A stretch of DNA of 64,000 nucleotides from an uncultured archaeon (lineage in GTDB: Archaea; Thermoproteota; Bathyarchaeia; Bathyarchaeales; Bathycorpusculaceae): NCBI GenBank assembly GCA_963782915.1, contig CAWALK010000024.1:1-64000 (forward strand), given 5' to 3'. The stretch's first letter is position 1; every line of letters starts with the position of its first letter. Both the position numbers and the translations under genes were made by a program. The notes beneath the pieces are model-generated. The model searched no databases. It had not been told where the DNA came from and saw nothing but the letters and a program-made list of their open reading frames with translations. Positions 21,097 to 32,915 of the stretch are shown here, one piece after another.

Positions 21097-21252
21097 TTAT
21101 CTTCCGCGTTTGTTTTCCCAGAGCTCTTTTTTGAGCAGGTCACGAACTGAGGAGCGGATGACGCTGCTTCTGCTTGGATACATGTTTGCTCGAACTAATT
21201 CGTCTAAGCCTTCGAGGTAGGCTTCTGGTAAAAGGACTGTTACTAGTTTCAT
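21097..21252 (-). CDS. ribbon-helix-helix (CopG/CdrS-like) regulator, 51 aa, not in ORF track
   Basis: MKLVTVLLPEAYLEGLDELVRANMYPSRSSVIRSSVRDLLKKELWENKRGR. Confidence 0.85.
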   Translation of the reverse strand: MKLVTVLLPEAYLEGLDELVRANMYPSRSSVIRSSVRDLLKKELWENKRGR

Positions 21253-21332
21253 TTTGATTTATCTCTCCCTTAAACTATGTTAGCCATATGTTATGTGGCA
21301 AATATAAGAGTTATCCGTTAAACGCTATCGAA

Positions 21333-22176
21333 TCATAAAGCTCGAAGTTGATTTAGTGTTCCTAGGTAAGTGCCATCTAAAAGATAAAGCTCCGATTCAT
21401 CAACGTCCACCGCTTCTGACCTCAGCACAGGTCCAATCAGTGCTTCTGCACCGATTTCTTTCCTTGGACGGGTTTCGTTTATGGGTCTGCCTCCTAAGAA
21501 GTCGTTGAAACTGGGCATAATATAGAGCTCCGAAGCTTTCAGTTTAATGTTGAAGTGTTTCTGGAGTGTTTCCTCGACTGAACCAACGATTTTTATTTTG
21601 CTCTTCGTCAGCAGAATCCTCGCCAGAACTTCGCTATCTATGTCTGCCCGCATCCAGACCTGCCGTGTCAACCTACACCCCGTCGGATCACGAAACACAA
21701 CCACAGGATGCATATGCCCCATAACCAACGTCTTACAGCCCAACAATGCAGGCGACGGCCATTTGTGCCCATGAAAAACCCCCACATCACCAATTACGGC
21801 GCCAGTCGCAGGCAGCAACTCAACGTTTTCGGGAAGAAGCGGCTCAAGGTTAGCGTCGTGATTTCCCCGCACAATAGATATCTTGCTTACATAAGGTTGC
21901 AGTTTCTTGAAAAACTCGGGAATATCATGCCATTCCCCAAATTCGCTTGATATCACCGTGTACTTGACATCGCCAAGGATAACCAGTGCGTCAGGTTTGT
22001 ACTCGGTGAGAATCGCAGTCAATTTGTTTAGGAGTTTGCCTGTTTGGCTTGGTATATGGATGCCTTTTTGTTGAAGCTCCATTTCCCAACCGATATGGGG
22101 ATCAGCGATAAGAAGCAGTCCTAGTTTTTTCGGTTTTCACTAATGCTACTGGATTTGGCAAGAGCAAACTAAACAT
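21333..22176 (-). CDS. metallophosphoesterase (1 frameshift near 22115)
   Basis: ADPHIG, LGDVK, RGNHD, HGH, GHMHP. Confidence 0.88.
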
Positions 22177-23001
22177 TGACTTTTACCAATCTCAAAATTT
22201 GTTTATGAAGCTCCATGTTGGCTGAAGCAACAAAATTCAGCGTCTGCTTTGGGTCTAAGGGCACGTTTATGGGTTGGTTGTTGGCGTCGGTGACTACTGC
22301 GCCTGCTTCTTTGGCGATGAGGAATCCTGCGGCGACGTCGGTGGTGCGGATTTTTCCCCTCAAATCGACAAAGGCGTCTGTTAAGCCGTTTGCGACGTAG
22401 CTAGATTTCTAGGGCGTTTGCGCCGAAGTGGCGGATATGTTTGCTTTTTTCGATTAGGGGTGTGACGTTTTGGATGACGAATTTGCCGTTGTATGAGTTG
22501 ATGTCTAAGCCGATTAGTGCGTCGTCTAGTGAGGTGGTTTTGGAGGTTTCTATTTTTTTGCCGTCGCGGTAGGCGCCTTCTCCTTTGAAGGCAGTGTAGG
22601 TTGCGTTATGGGGAAGGTCTGCTACCATGGCTGCATAGACGTCGGTGAGTTCGGGTTTGTTTGAGACTGCGATTGAGGCTGCGTAGAAGGGTAAGCCATG
22701 GGTTAGGTTGGTTGTGCCGTCGATTGGGTCAACGGTGACATAGCAGTTCTGTGGTGAGGTGCCGTATTTTTTGATGCCTGATTCTTCGCTGATTAACGTG
22801 AAAGATACGCTGTGCTGATTCAGTGTGTTTACGATGGCTGTTTCTGCGGCTAAATCTACGGGTTTCATCATGTCCCCGCCTGCGCCCATGCCCAAATTCG
22901 GCTGAGGCTCACGTATGGTTGCCAATAAGGGGTTTGATGGATTGTTGTATGTTGTTTTTGCATTCTGTTAGAATCTGTTGCCAGTCACTTGGGGTTTTCA
23001 T
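22169..23001 (-). CDS. inositol monophosphatase / FBPase family (2 frameshifts)
   Basis: LISEE, VDPIDGTTN, D.AAG.LI..EAG. Confidence 0.88.
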
Positions 23002-23084
23002 TGGTTAACCTTCAGTCACTTATTATTGGATTGTTCGGGTTGATAAAGGAATAACACATCGAGACAGCGTACAATTCTGCCTTG

Positions 23085-23226
23085 ATATAGGGGGAGGGGG
23101 TCCTTAGCAGAGCAACAACGGTTGCTATGTTGTCTTTTTCTCTATAAATAGAGGGGATAGGCTGTGGAGAGCAACAAAAGTCCAGAATTTGTTTCTATAT
23201 ATAAGGGAGGGGAGGTAGCTGCAAAG
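23085..23226 (+). repeat. three tandem copies of the TATA-G-rich-GAGCAA dispersed repeat
   Basis: ATATAGGGGGAGGGGG..GCAGAGCAACAAC; TATAAATAGAGGGG..GGAGAGCAACAA; TATATAAGGGAGGGGAGG..GCAAAG. Confidence 0.7.
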
Positions 23227-23329
23227 ACGTAGTGTGTATTCTAACATAGATTAAGTCAAAAAGCATAGCGCTTAGAAATTAAAACAAAAAAAGAAAAGGG
23301 TTTTGATTTTTGGTTTTGCGGTTGTTGTT

Positions 23330-25876
23330 TTAAGGTTTCTTCCTTAAGAGCAACAGTGCTAGGACTGCACCGACTATCACAATAGCGACTACTATGCCGA
23401 TTGTTGCTGGAACGAAGTATAGATCAGCCATTGATTGTGTTGGTGTTGCTAGTGGTGTTGCTGTTGCTGCTGCTGGGTCGACGACGAATGAGGTTTCATC
23501 GAATGATGCGTAGTATGCTTTGCTGCCAGCGAATGTAGCGATAACTGTGTATTTGCCAGTGATGTCTGGGCTCCAGCTATAGCTGTATTTGCCGGTTGAG
23601 TCACTTGTGGTTGTGCCAACGTGTCTGTAGTTGCCGTTTGCATCGATTACATCGACGGATACTTCAACACCAGATGCGTTTGTTGGACGCTCAAATTGTT
23701 TGTAGACATAGAGCATCCATTGGCTTTGGCTTTCGTCAGATACTGCTGCAACACCGTTGGGGAAGCGCATCTCAATTGAAGAGTCTGACATACCTGGTGA
23801 TACGTCAAGGACTGTTCCTTCAACTAGGACACTGCTGCCTTGAGTTGATACTTTTGGTGATGCAACTATTGATGTTTCTGATGGGCCTTTGCCGATTGCA
23901 TATACGCGTTGGTCATAGGTATCCATGGTTGCGATGATGCTGTCACCGATGATGCCGTTTCCACCCCATCTGGTTTGGCGGTACATACCGTTAACACGGA
24001 AAATTTCTGCTCCGTTTGATGCGTTAACAGCGATGTATGGTGCGCCTCTTGGAAGTGGGTTTTCTGCTGAGTGTTCTAGTGTGCCGATGTAGATTTTACC
24101 GTCTGCGATTAGGTCAATCCAGCCCCACCAGTTTTGACCGGTGACTGGTTCGCCATATACGTCAGTCATGTTGTATGTCCATGCAGTGTCGCCTGTTGTT
24201 AAGTCATAGGCATAAAGAATGCCAGCTACACCAACTGAGTAGAGTTTGCCATAGGCAAAGTACCAAGTGTGCTCTGCATTACCCCAACCATACATGTCCA
24301 GGTAGTTCTCGGATTCTGTTTGCCAGAGGTAAGATCCGGTTTCTACGCTGAAGCCATAGTGGGTTCTTAGTTCTTTATCCCAGATTGCAATGACTCCGCC
24401 TGCGACTTCGTTAGATGCGCCGACATAGTGTAGTGTGTTTGAGCCGTTAAGCCATTCAGATGGTGCTGCCCATGTTTTGTCGAAGAGTGCGGTTATTGAT
24501 TGTGGTGATGCTACTTTGGCTGTTAAGGTTGCAGTTATGCCACTGGTTGGTAGTGCCCAGACGCGTACTTGTGTTTGGTTGAAGAATACTGATACGACTC
24601 TATCTGGGTAGATCTTTAGGATTGGTGCGAAGAATGATGTGCCAGCTTGTAAGCCTTTGGGTATTGTGACGTTCCATGAGTAACAGTTAGCGGTGGATGC
24701 ATCGAATGTTTTTCCTTGAACTTGGCTGCCCCAACTACCATAGCTTGAAGTGCCGATAGCTGAGTTTTGTAGACCTGCGAGTGTTGAGTTCCAGAGTGCC
24801 ATCCAGCCATTGGTGTAGTCTATTTGGTAGAATAGAATTTCACCGCTTGGACCGAATGCTCTAACACCGGTAGTTGGTACGTTGTTGAATGTGAAACACC
24901 ATTTGCCATCGAATGGATCATAAGCGGTATATGTTGAGCCTGAGGTTGAGTATAGGTATGTGAAAACACCGTCGTAGTTGAAGCTGTCGAAATAGAATAC
25001 TTGACCGAATGCTAATGTAGTAGCGTTCTTTGTCCATAGTGTTTGGCCAGTGTGTAAGTCAACTGCAACTAGTAAGTCAGGTAGATTTATGTCATGTTGG
25101 TTGTAGTATAGGACACCGTTGAGTATGACCGAGTTTGCGAATTTGCCTTCGTATGCGTCACCTGTTTCGGATGTTGCTGGGACTTGACCTGGTCCTAGTA
25201 GACCGCCAGCCATGCCGCCGGTTGTCATATCCTGTGCCCATAGGGCGTGTGCGGTTTCTGGTGCATCGTCATTGAAGAGTGCTAAGGAGTTGTCTGGTCT
25301 TGCTACCCAGTTACCTGAGACGCTGTACCACTCTCTGAGCTGTGGGTCGATTGGGCGACTCCAGTATTCAGTTGGAAGAGAATGAGATGGGTACATTGGT
25401 GAGGTGTTTTCATGTACGAGGAAGGTGGATGTTGCTGTGCTTGCTTGGAATATGGTGCCTTTGAGAATCATAGCCATGCCTCTTTCCATGTCAAGGGTAT
25501 TTACTGGCATCTCTTGTTGTGGGAAGTTTGTCGTTATGGTGTATGTGCCAGTTTGTGTTGGTGTATACAGTGTATAAGTTGAGCCTGTTGAGTCTGTGGT
25601 GAATGGCCCTAATGTCTCAGTTGTTCCGTCTGGTCTAGTGACGGTAATGGTGATACCGGACCAGCCATAGGCTTGAGTGTTTAGTGCCTGTGAAATACCG
25701 ACTTTAAGCAGTGTTTCTTCGCCAAGACCCAATACGTTGGGGATGGCGTCGGATAATGCGTAGCTCTTCATTGTTGTTGCTGCCTGTGCTTCTGAATTCA
25801 TCAAGGGTACTGATGTTACAACTGACATCACAAAGACGGCTAATAGCGCCAATGCGAGTTTATTTGTGGTTTTCAT
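23330..25876 (-). CDS. secreted PQQ-like beta-propeller surface protein, paralog 2 (intact)
   Basis: 848 aa; same motifs as paralog 1; C-terminal TM + RKKP. Confidence 0.9.
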   Translation of the reverse strand: MKTTNKLALALLAVFVMSVVTSVPLMNSEAQAATTMKSYALSDAIPNVLGLGEETLLKVGISQALNTQAYGWSGITITVTRPDGTTETLGPFTTDSTGSTYTLYTPTQTGTYTITTNFPQQEMPVNTLDMERGMAMILKGTIFQASTATSTFLVHENTSPMYPSHSLPTEYWSRPIDPQLREWYSVSGNWVARPDNSLALFNDDAPETAHALWAQDMTTGGMAGGLLGPGQVPATSETGDAYEGKFANSVILNGVLYYNQHDINLPDLLVAVDLHTGQTLWTKNATTLAFGQVFYFDSFNYDGVFTYLYSTSGSTYTAYDPFDGKWCFTFNNVPTTGVRAFGPSGEILFYQIDYTNGWMALWNSTLAGLQNSAIGTSSYGSWGSQVQGKTFDASTANCYSWNVTIPKGLQAGTSFFAPILKIYPDRVVSVFFNQTQVRVWALPTSGITATLTAKVASPQSITALFDKTWAAPSEWLNGSNTLHYVGASNEVAGGVIAIWDKELRTHYGFSVETGSYLWQTESENYLDMYGWGNAEHTWYFAYGKLYSVGVAGILYAYDLTTGDTAWTYNMTDVYGEPVTGQNWWGWIDLIADGKIYIGTLEHSAENPLPRGAPYIAVNASNGAEIFRVNGMYRQTRWGGNGIIGDSIIATMDTYDQRVYAIGKGPSETSIVASPKVSTQGSSVLVEGTVLDVSPGMSDSSIEMRFPNGVAAVSDESQSQWMLYVYKQFERPTNASGVEVSVDVIDANGNYRHVGTTTSDSTGKYSYSWSPDITGKYTVIATFAGSKAYYASFDETSFVVDPAAATATPLATPTQSMADLYFVPATIGIVVAIVIVGAVLALLLLRKKP

Positions 25877-26435
25877 TTCTTTTATTTTCCTTTATTTTAT
25901 AAAGACAAGCGATATTTTTCAGGGATAGCGCTGTCTTAAGCCAGCTATTTGACTCGGTTTCTTTATAAGTTTTTAGTAAAAAACGGGGAACAAAAAAGAA
26001 ATTTACCATATCAACCCATGGAAAGGTATACCAAAAATATCTTCTTTTTTGAATACTTTAGGTTGCTAATATAAAGGAAAAATTAGTTTGGCGGGGGTAG
26101 GAATAAAATGCATAAAAAGGCAGTCGGCGCTGGAGAATTTTACGTTGGCAAAATTTTTAGCTCTATACAACAGAGAAGTAACGGAATGTTTGATGGCATA
26201 CCGCAAATCAGCTAAAATTTTCAACCGATAGTTAACTTGTAGTAGTTATCGAAAGGTAAAATAGGCTAAACAAGCCAGAGACGAAACGCACCAAATCTCT
26301 GAAAAACAGAACCAATCAACAAACAATAAAACCGCTAAAAACACTCAGTTGATGAGTTACGACAAATAAACGAATGCTTCTCTATAATCGATTAAAATTA
26401 AACAAAAGATAAAGAATAGAAGAAAAAAGCTATCC

Positions 26436-26666
26436 TTACTGGATTAACTCGATTCGGCGTTTACCGCGAGCCATCGAAGACGTCCGAACCTTACCGCTAA
26501 CCTCCAAATCAAGCAGCAACTCATTAAAGTCCTTAAAGCCCAAATCCTCATACTCATCCTTAAGCTGCTCAAAGAGGTCATCGTCAGTCATGTCGCCCTT
26601 CTTTTTCAGTACTTCCAATAGGTAAAAGAAAGCTGGGCGTGTTTTCCAAGTTTTAATCTGCGGCAT
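26436..26666 (-). CDS. small winged-helix protein downstream of cdc48
   Basis: LLEVLKKKGDMTDDDLFE..FNELLLDLEVSGKVR. Confidence 0.7.
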   Translation of the reverse strand: MPQIKTWKTRPAFFYLLEVLKKKGDMTDDDLFEQLKDEYEDLGFKDFNELLLDLEVSGKVRTSSMARGKRRIELIQ

Positions 26667-26683
26667 CAACGGTTTCCTTCTGT

Positions 26684-28888
26684 CTAAGCAACTGGTGTTT
26701 GTGGCTTTTGTACTTGTCGGATTTGCTGCATGAAGCTCTTGTACCATTTTTCCATGTCAGGCGATATGGATGGACCCATTTCTTTCATGGCATCCAAGAA
26801 ATCCTTCATCGTCACTTCGCGGCTGTTTACGTCTCGACGCAATGAGTGCATAGCTGCTTCGCGGCAGAGTGATTCGATGTCTGCACCGCTGTAGTATTTG
26901 GTAGATATTGTCAGCTGGTTTAAGTCCACGTCTTTGTTGATTGGCATGCCTTTGGTGTATAGTTTGAAGATTTGTAGGCGGCTCTTTTCGTCTGGTTCAG
27001 GTACGTAGATTAAGCGGTCGAATCTGCCTGGGCGGATAACTGCTTGGTCAACCATGTCTGGGCGGTTGGTTGCGGCGATGACTACGATGTCTTGGAGTGT
27101 GGTGATGCCGTCCATTTCGGTTAGGAGTTGGCTGATTACACGTTCGCTGACTCCGCTGTCACTCATGCCCATGCCTCTGCGTGGTGTTAAGGAGTCGATT
27201 TCGTCGAGGAATATCACTGCGGGTGCTGCCATGCGGGCTTTGCGGAAGACTTCGCGGATTGCTTTTTCGGATTCGCCGACCCATTTGCTGAAGACTTCGG
27301 GGCCTTTGATTGAGATGAAGTTGGATTCGCTCTCAGTTGCGACGGCTCGTGCAAGTAGGGTTTTGCCGCAGCCTGGTGGACCATACATTAGGATACCTTT
27401 TGGTGGACGAATACCCAATCGAGTGAACATTTCAGGGTTCTTGATGGGCCACTCTACTGCTTCTTTGAGGTGCTGTTTGACATCGTCTAATCCGCCTGCA
27501 TCATCCCAGTGTACGGTGGAGACTTCGATGTAGACTTCTCGCATTGCTGTTGGTGTTACTTCTTTGTATGCGCCTAAGAAGTCATCCATTGTGACTTCCA
27601 TCTTTTCTAGCACTGCTGGTGGGATGCGTTCTTCTTCAAGGTTAATCTGTGGCAGGTATCGGCGGAGTGCTTTCATGGCTGTTTCTCTGCCAAGAGCGGA
27701 GAGGTCTGCGCCTGTGTATCCATGGGTCATGCCTGAGAGTTTCTTGAGGTCAACGTCTAGACCTGTTTTTTGGTCTTCAGGAACGTCCACTCCGTGAAGC
27801 GGCATTCCGCGTGTATGGATTTGTAGGACTTCGTAACGACCTTTCTTGTCTGGGACGCTGATCTCGATTTCTCGGTCAAAGCGTCCTGGTCTACGCAGGG
27901 CTGGGTCTAATGCGCCTGGGCGGTTGGTTGCTCCGATGACGATTACGTTTCCTCTGCCTGATAAGCCATCCATGAGTGCAAGCAATTGGGCAACTACTCG
28001 TCTTTCGACTTCGCCTGTGACTTCTTCACGTTTCGGCGCGATTGCGTCGAGTTCGTCTACGAATATGATGCTTGGGGCGTTTTGTTGGGCTTGCTGGAAG
28101 ATTTCTCTTAGGCGTGCTTCTGATTCGCCGTAGAATTTGCTCATGATTTCTGGGCCGTTGATGCTGTAGAAGTTTGCTTCGGATTCGTTAGCGACTGCTC
28201 TGGCGAGGAGGGTTTTGCCGCAGCCTGGTGGACCATGTAGCAAGACGCCTTTTGGTGGTTCAATTCCGAGGCGCTGGAACAGTTCAGGGTGACGCAGTGG
28301 TAATTCGACCATTTCTCGGACGCGTTGGATTTCTACGCGGAGTCCACCGATGTCTTCGTAGGTTGTGCGCGGGAGGCCTTTGCCTTCTGGGGCAGGTTCG
28401 TTGAGTATAGTTACGCGGCTTTCGGTTGTGACTTTGATGATGCCATGGGGCCTTGTCTTGGAAACTGTGAATGGTATAGCGTGGCCTAGCATCATGACTA
28501 AGGTGGTGTCGCCTTCGACTAGTGTGCGTTCCATGAGACGGTTTTTAACGAAGTTTGTGAAATCTTCATCTACGTTTAGCCTCATGTCCACTGGCGCTAA
28601 AGTTAGTGCAAGAGCCGTTTTTACTTTGGCAGGCCGTACCACAACATATTCGTTGATGGCTACACCGCTGTTTTTGCGTGTAAAGCCGTCAATGCGGATG
28701 ATGTCGCGGTTTTGGTCTTCACTGTAAGCTGGCCAAGCAATGGCGCTTGTTGTGCGTTTGTTAACTATCTCGATTACGTCTCCAGCGCTGATGCCTAGTT
28801 TCTGCATTGTGCGTTGGTCTATGCGGGCGATTCCTCTGCCCACATCTCTTTGCCGTGCGTCTCCGACGCGTAATTGAACTTCGCTCAT
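26684..28888 (-). CDS. cdc48: CDC48/VCP AAA+ ATPase
   Basis: N-domain [11 protein letters not shown]; two GPPGCGKT Walker A motifs; RRPGRFD. Confidence 0.97.
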   Translation of the reverse strand: MSEVQLRVGDARQRDVGRGIARIDQRTMQKLGISAGDVIEIVNKRTTSAIAWPAYSEDQNRDIIRIDGFTRKNSGVAINEYVVVRPAKVKTALALTLAPVDMRLNVDEDFTNFVKNRLMERTLVEGDTTLVMMLGHAIPFTVSKTRPHGIIKVTTESRVTILNEPAPEGKGLPRTTYEDIGGLRVEIQRVREMVELPLRHPELFQRLGIEPPKGVLLHGPPGCGKTLLARAVANESEANFYSINGPEIMSKFYGESEARLREIFQQAQQNAPSIIFVDELDAIAPKREEVTGEVERRVVAQLLALMDGLSGRGNVIVIGATNRPGALDPALRRPGRFDREIEISVPDKKGRYEVLQIHTRGMPLHGVDVPEDQKTGLDVDLKKLSGMTHGYTGADLSALGRETAMKALRRYLPQINLEEERIPPAVLEKMEVTMDDFLGAYKEVTPTAMREVYIEVSTVHWDDAGGLDDVKQHLKEAVEWPIKNPEMFTRLGIRPPKGILMYGPPGCGKTLLARAVATESESNFISIKGPEVFSKWVGESEKAIREVFRKARMAAPAVIFLDEIDSLTPRRGMGMSDSGVSERVISQLLTEMDGITTLQDIVVIAATNRPDMVDQAVIRPGRFDRLIYVPEPDEKSRLQIFKLYTKGMPINKDVDLNQLTISTKYYSGADIESLCREAAMHSLRRDVNSREVTMKDFLDAMKEMGPSISPDMEKWYKSFMQQIRQVQKPQTPVA

Positions 28889-29027
28889 CGTGAAATTCTC
28901 CAAATAATATGCTGACTTAGGTGTGTTTGAAAAAGACGAGTAGGATATATAAACTTTAAAGCGTAGCACCAGAAACATTCAGGTGCTTGTTAAAAGAAGA
29001 ATTAAGGGATTTTAGGTTGAAAAGGGG

Positions 29028-29306
29028 TTAGTCGCGGCTTGTTCTGCGAATGTTGAAGGCTTCTGCTTGGCTCACGCCGGGTATTTTGGCGAGTGCAACT
29101 TCGAATTCTTCAACTAAACCCGATACGTCTTCTGGGAAGCGGACTTGAACAAGTAGCGCTTTAAGTCCGAAGGCAACTTCTTCTTCGCCCCAACCTTCAA
29201 TTGAGCTTGCTTTGGGGAGGATTGCTTTGATTTTTTCTTTTAGGGGGTCAAAGCTTGGAACTATGTCTTCGGGGAAAACTTTGTAGACTACAAGTATGGC
29301 TCCCAT
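29028..29306 (-). CDS. ef1b: translation elongation factor 1-beta
   Basis: KVFPED..EEEVAFGLKAL..IPGVSQAE; follows the Zn-ribbon gene, a conserved archaeal pair. Confidence 0.88.
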   Translation of the reverse strand: MGAILVVYKVFPEDIVPSFDPLKEKIKAILPKASSIEGWGEEEVAFGLKALLVQVRFPEDVSGLVEEFEVALAKIPGVSQAEAFNIRRTSRD

Positions 29307-29319
29307 TGGAATCGCCTTT

Positions 29320-29499
29320 TTATGGTCCTTGGAATCCGCATTTGGGGCATTTATAATGTCTGCCGAATTTGCGGCATTTGCCATCGCGTTTGATTTGGAT
29401 TTCGCCGCAGCTTGGGCAGAGATATTTTGTGGATTCGCTGCCTGGTGGGATTGGTTTACCGCAGCTTGTGCATGTGACTAATGACAGTTTTTCTGACAT
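29320..29499 (-). CDS. Zn-ribbon protein (DUF1610 / HVO_2753-like)
   Basis: CTSCG..CPSCG..CRK..YKCPKCGFQGP. Confidence 0.88.
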   Translation of the reverse strand: MSEKLSLVTCTSCGKPIPPGSESTKYLCPSCGEIQIKRDGKCRKFGRHYKCPKCGFQGP

Positions 29500-29611
29500 A
29501 ACTGTGACACTTCTGTGCCCGAAATATTGTTGGGGTTCCTTATATCTGCTATGCCTAGAAAACACGTTTAGCGGGCATAAAACGTAAATGGGTATCTTTT
29601 TTGGAGTCACA

Positions 29612-29663
29612 TTTTGATGCAGTACTATGTCGGAGATCGCTTGAGTGCTTGCAGAGACTGACA
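29612..29663 (+). ncRNA. C/D-box guide sRNA, probably targeting 23S rRNA
   Basis: C TTGATGC (29614-20), guide AGTACTATGT, D' CGGA, C'-like TTGAG, guide GTGCTTGCAGAG, D CTGA (29658-61); the two guide complements overlap into one contiguous target. Confidence 0.75.
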
Positions 29664-29822
29664 CCCCTCTAGTTATAGACTCAACAAACGCCTGATATCA
29701 AAAATCTGTAGGCAATGCCCGTTGGATTTGGAGAGTATTTTATTGACGATTGCAAGCGGATAGCTTTGGCTACTATGGGTTTGTGGAGAGCATTATCGGT
29801 TCTGAGGTTTCACAAGGGTTTT

Positions 29823-29858
29823 ATTGCTCTGCACTGACCCCCCTCCCCTTATATAAAG
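29823..29858 (-). repeat. TATA-G-rich-GAGCAA dispersed repeat
   Basis: rc TTTATATAAGGGGAGGGGGGTCAGTGCAGAGCAAT. Confidence 0.75.
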
Positions 29859-30087
29859 GCGAAATGTCTCGGGTTGAAAAAAGCTATTACGACCCATTTA
29901 CTTGAGCAATATCGCTTAATTTGCTAAAGTTTGAAGACAAAATGGCAAATTATAAGATACCAAAGCCCTAAATCTGTATTCTGTTTTCATACCGCTTAAA
30001 TGCAGATTTATATTATTTGTAAAGCGAAAAGGAATGCTCCAGGTTCAACTTGAAACGTTAGCGGTTGCTAGGACGGCTTAAACAGTA

Positions 30088-31785
30088 TTGAATAGCATAT
30101 ACGCCGTTTTCGCGATTGCAGCAACCCTAATCTGTACATTTCTAGCACTCTTCGTTTATTTTACCAACCGAAAAGGTGCTCTCAACCGCGTCTTCATATT
30201 CGCCATCGCATTCGGCGCCTACACCGCCTTCACTACCTTTATGGTAATTCAAGCAGAAAACCCCCAAACAGCATATTTCTGGAATAAAACGGGTTTTCTA
30301 TGGCCATTCTATCTAGCATCCATACTCCATTTTGCATTAGTTTTCACCAAAAACCGATTGACCCATAAGAGTAGATTCCTGTTGCTCTACGGTCCAGCCC
30401 TACTGTTTTCACTATTAGAATTAACTACTGACCAAATCTCAGGGTTACCCCAAAACACAGTATACGGCTACATCTTTTCAGGTTCAGATACACCATTTGC
30501 ATTTGTGGTTAGCCTTTGGTCCGCATCAATATCCCTTATTTCCGTTGCCCTATGCTTAAGATATCACCTAAAAACCACTGACTCAAACAAAAAGCAGCAA
30601 GCCCTGCTGGTCACAATAGCATTAGCATACCCTATTATCGCAAATGTCCTCTCGGAAGCAGCTTACAGCGTATTCGGCTGGTATATTCCCTATTATGGCG
30701 TCGGTGCCAACGCTATTCTTTGCGTCTTCATCGTTTACGCGATTTGGCGATATGACCTCTTTAACCTCAACCCCGCCATTGCAGCAGAAAATATCATTGC
30801 AACTATGCCTGACTCGTTTGTTTTAACTGATTCGAAGGGTCAAATCATCAGAATAAACCCAGCCCTAACAAATCTACTAGGCTACGAAGAAGAGGAGTTA
30901 GCAGGAAAAGGAATCGAAAAACTCTTAGAAGAGAAACAAAACGTAGAATACCTACACAATATTGGGCATATACAAGAAATCAAGAATCATGAAACAGTAA
31001 TTTTAGCGAAGAATGGTGTCTCAACGCCTGTTTCAATTTCTTCCTCACTTATCAAGAACAAAAAAGGAAAAAATATCGGCATTACCCTGATTATCCATGA
31101 CTTGACCAGACGAAAACAAGACGAAGAAAAAATAGTCAGAAACGAACGCTTTGCAGCCATCGGTGAACTCGCAGGTATGGTAAGCCATGACTTACGCAAT
31201 CCCCTTAGCAGCATGCAAGCAGCAACCTATTACCTCAAGAAAAAATCGGAAAACATGGATGAAACCTCTAAAGAGATGCTACAAGCGATCGAATCTAGCA
31301 TTCAATATTCCAACAAAATTGTTAGTGATCTTCTGGATTACTCTCGAGAGATAACTCTTGAGCTGGAAGAGACAAACGCTAAAAACCTAACAGAGAATGC
31401 GTTGGCAATAGTTGCGGTTCCCCAAAATATCAAAGTAAACAATCTAACCCAAGATGAACCCGCAGTATCAGTTGATAAAGTGAAGATTATCAGAGTTTTT
31501 GTTAACATTATCAAGAATGCTTTTGAGGCTATGCCCAACGGAGGCATCTTCACAATATCCAGCACTAAAGTAGAGAATGGGGTTGAGTTCAGTTTTATAG
31601 ATACAGGCACTGGGATGTCGAAGGAAACAATTGAAAAACTCTGGCGACCATCTGTTTACGACCAAAACCAAGGGCATGGGTTTTGGGTTACCCATCTGCA
31701 AACGCATTGTAGAGGCACATGGCGGTAAAATTCAAGTTAAAAGTGTATTGATGAAGGGTCTGTCTTTACAGTGTCCCTTCCCTAG
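30088..31785 (+). CDS. 7TM-PAS sensor histidine kinase (frameshifted near the 3' end)
   Basis: N-terminal TMs, PAS (INPA..LLGY), [23 protein letters not shown]; off-frame TTK..GMGFGL. Confidence 0.9.
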
Positions 31786-31874
31786 AGATAATTAATTTTA
31801 AAAACGTTAGAACTCGTCTTAATTCGCAAACCTCTTAAACCTGTTCCAAACCTAATCTAAGCTGTGGTGTCCTT

Positions 31875-32904
31875 TTGGGCGTAAACTTCAAAGACCTCAT
31901 ACCAAAAACCCCAGTAAAACTCGAAGACCTATCAGGCAAAATCATAGCCATAGACGCATACAACACCATCTACCAATTCCTAACCATAATCCGCCAACCA
32001 GACGGCACCCCACTCAAAAACAGCAAAGACCAAATCACCAGCCACCTAAGCGGACTCTTCTACCGCACAAGCAACCTCATAGAAATGGGCATAAAACCAA
32101 TCTATGTTTTCGACGGCAAATCGCCAGTCCTAAAATCTGCCGAGGTTGAGACGACGACGCCAAGTTAAGGTGGAAGCAGTCGTAAGCTACGCTAAAGCAG
32201 AAGCGAAGGGCGACACTGAAAAGATGCGGCAGTACGCACAGGTGGCAACAACCATGAAGCCATACATGGTACCTGAGAGCAAACAACTGCTGGATTTGAT
32301 GGGTTTGCCATGGATTCAGGCGCCAAGCGAAGGCGAAGCCCAAGCAGCCTACATGAACAAGAAAGGCGACGCAGATTTCTGTGCAAGCCAAGACTATGAC
32401 AGCTTGCTTTTTGGTGCACCCAAGCTGCTTAGAAACGTCACAATTTCAGGCAGACGAAGACGAGGGAAAGCCTTCATCGAAGTTGTCCCCGAAATTGTCG
32501 AGTTACGAAAGACACTTGGCGAATGCGAATTAACCTACGAACAACTTAATCGATGTAGGCATCTTGATCGGCACAGACTTCAACGACAGCATCAAAGGAT
32601 TGGGACCAAAAACTGCCCTCAAACTAATAAAACAATACGGCACCATCGAATGCGCGTTGCCTCACATCGAAAACGTTACTTACGGCGATAAAGTAGGGCA
32701 GATAAAAGAAATCTTTCTGCACCCAGAAGTTACCGACAACTACAAACTTGAATGGAAAGAACCCAATGAGCAGGGTTTGTTGGAGTTTTTGTGTAGCGAG
32801 AAAGAGTTCGGTGAAGAACGCATCAAAAAATCATTGAACGCATGACTGCGGGGTCAGTAAGAAGCAGAAAGGGAAAGGTTTCGTTAGAGAAATGGTTCGG
32901 CTAA
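31875..32904 (+). CDS. fen: flap endonuclease 1 (3 frameshifts)
   Basis: [49 protein letters not shown]-like SLEKWF. Confidence 0.95.
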
Positions 32905-32915
32905 AAAAGAAAAGG

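Noticed and set aside
23085-23226. CRISPR mini-array
   Set aside because: The copies are too degenerate, single copies occur elsewhere, and there are no cas genes or leader.
13590-25876. Diversity-generating retroelement TR/VR pair
   Set aside because: No reverse transcriptase; both copies are coding; mismatches are not adenine-specific and are mostly synonymous.
26088-26104. tRNA 3' fragment on the minus strand (ATTCCTACCCCCGCCA)
   Set aside because: Too short and lacks the T-loop; may be chance.
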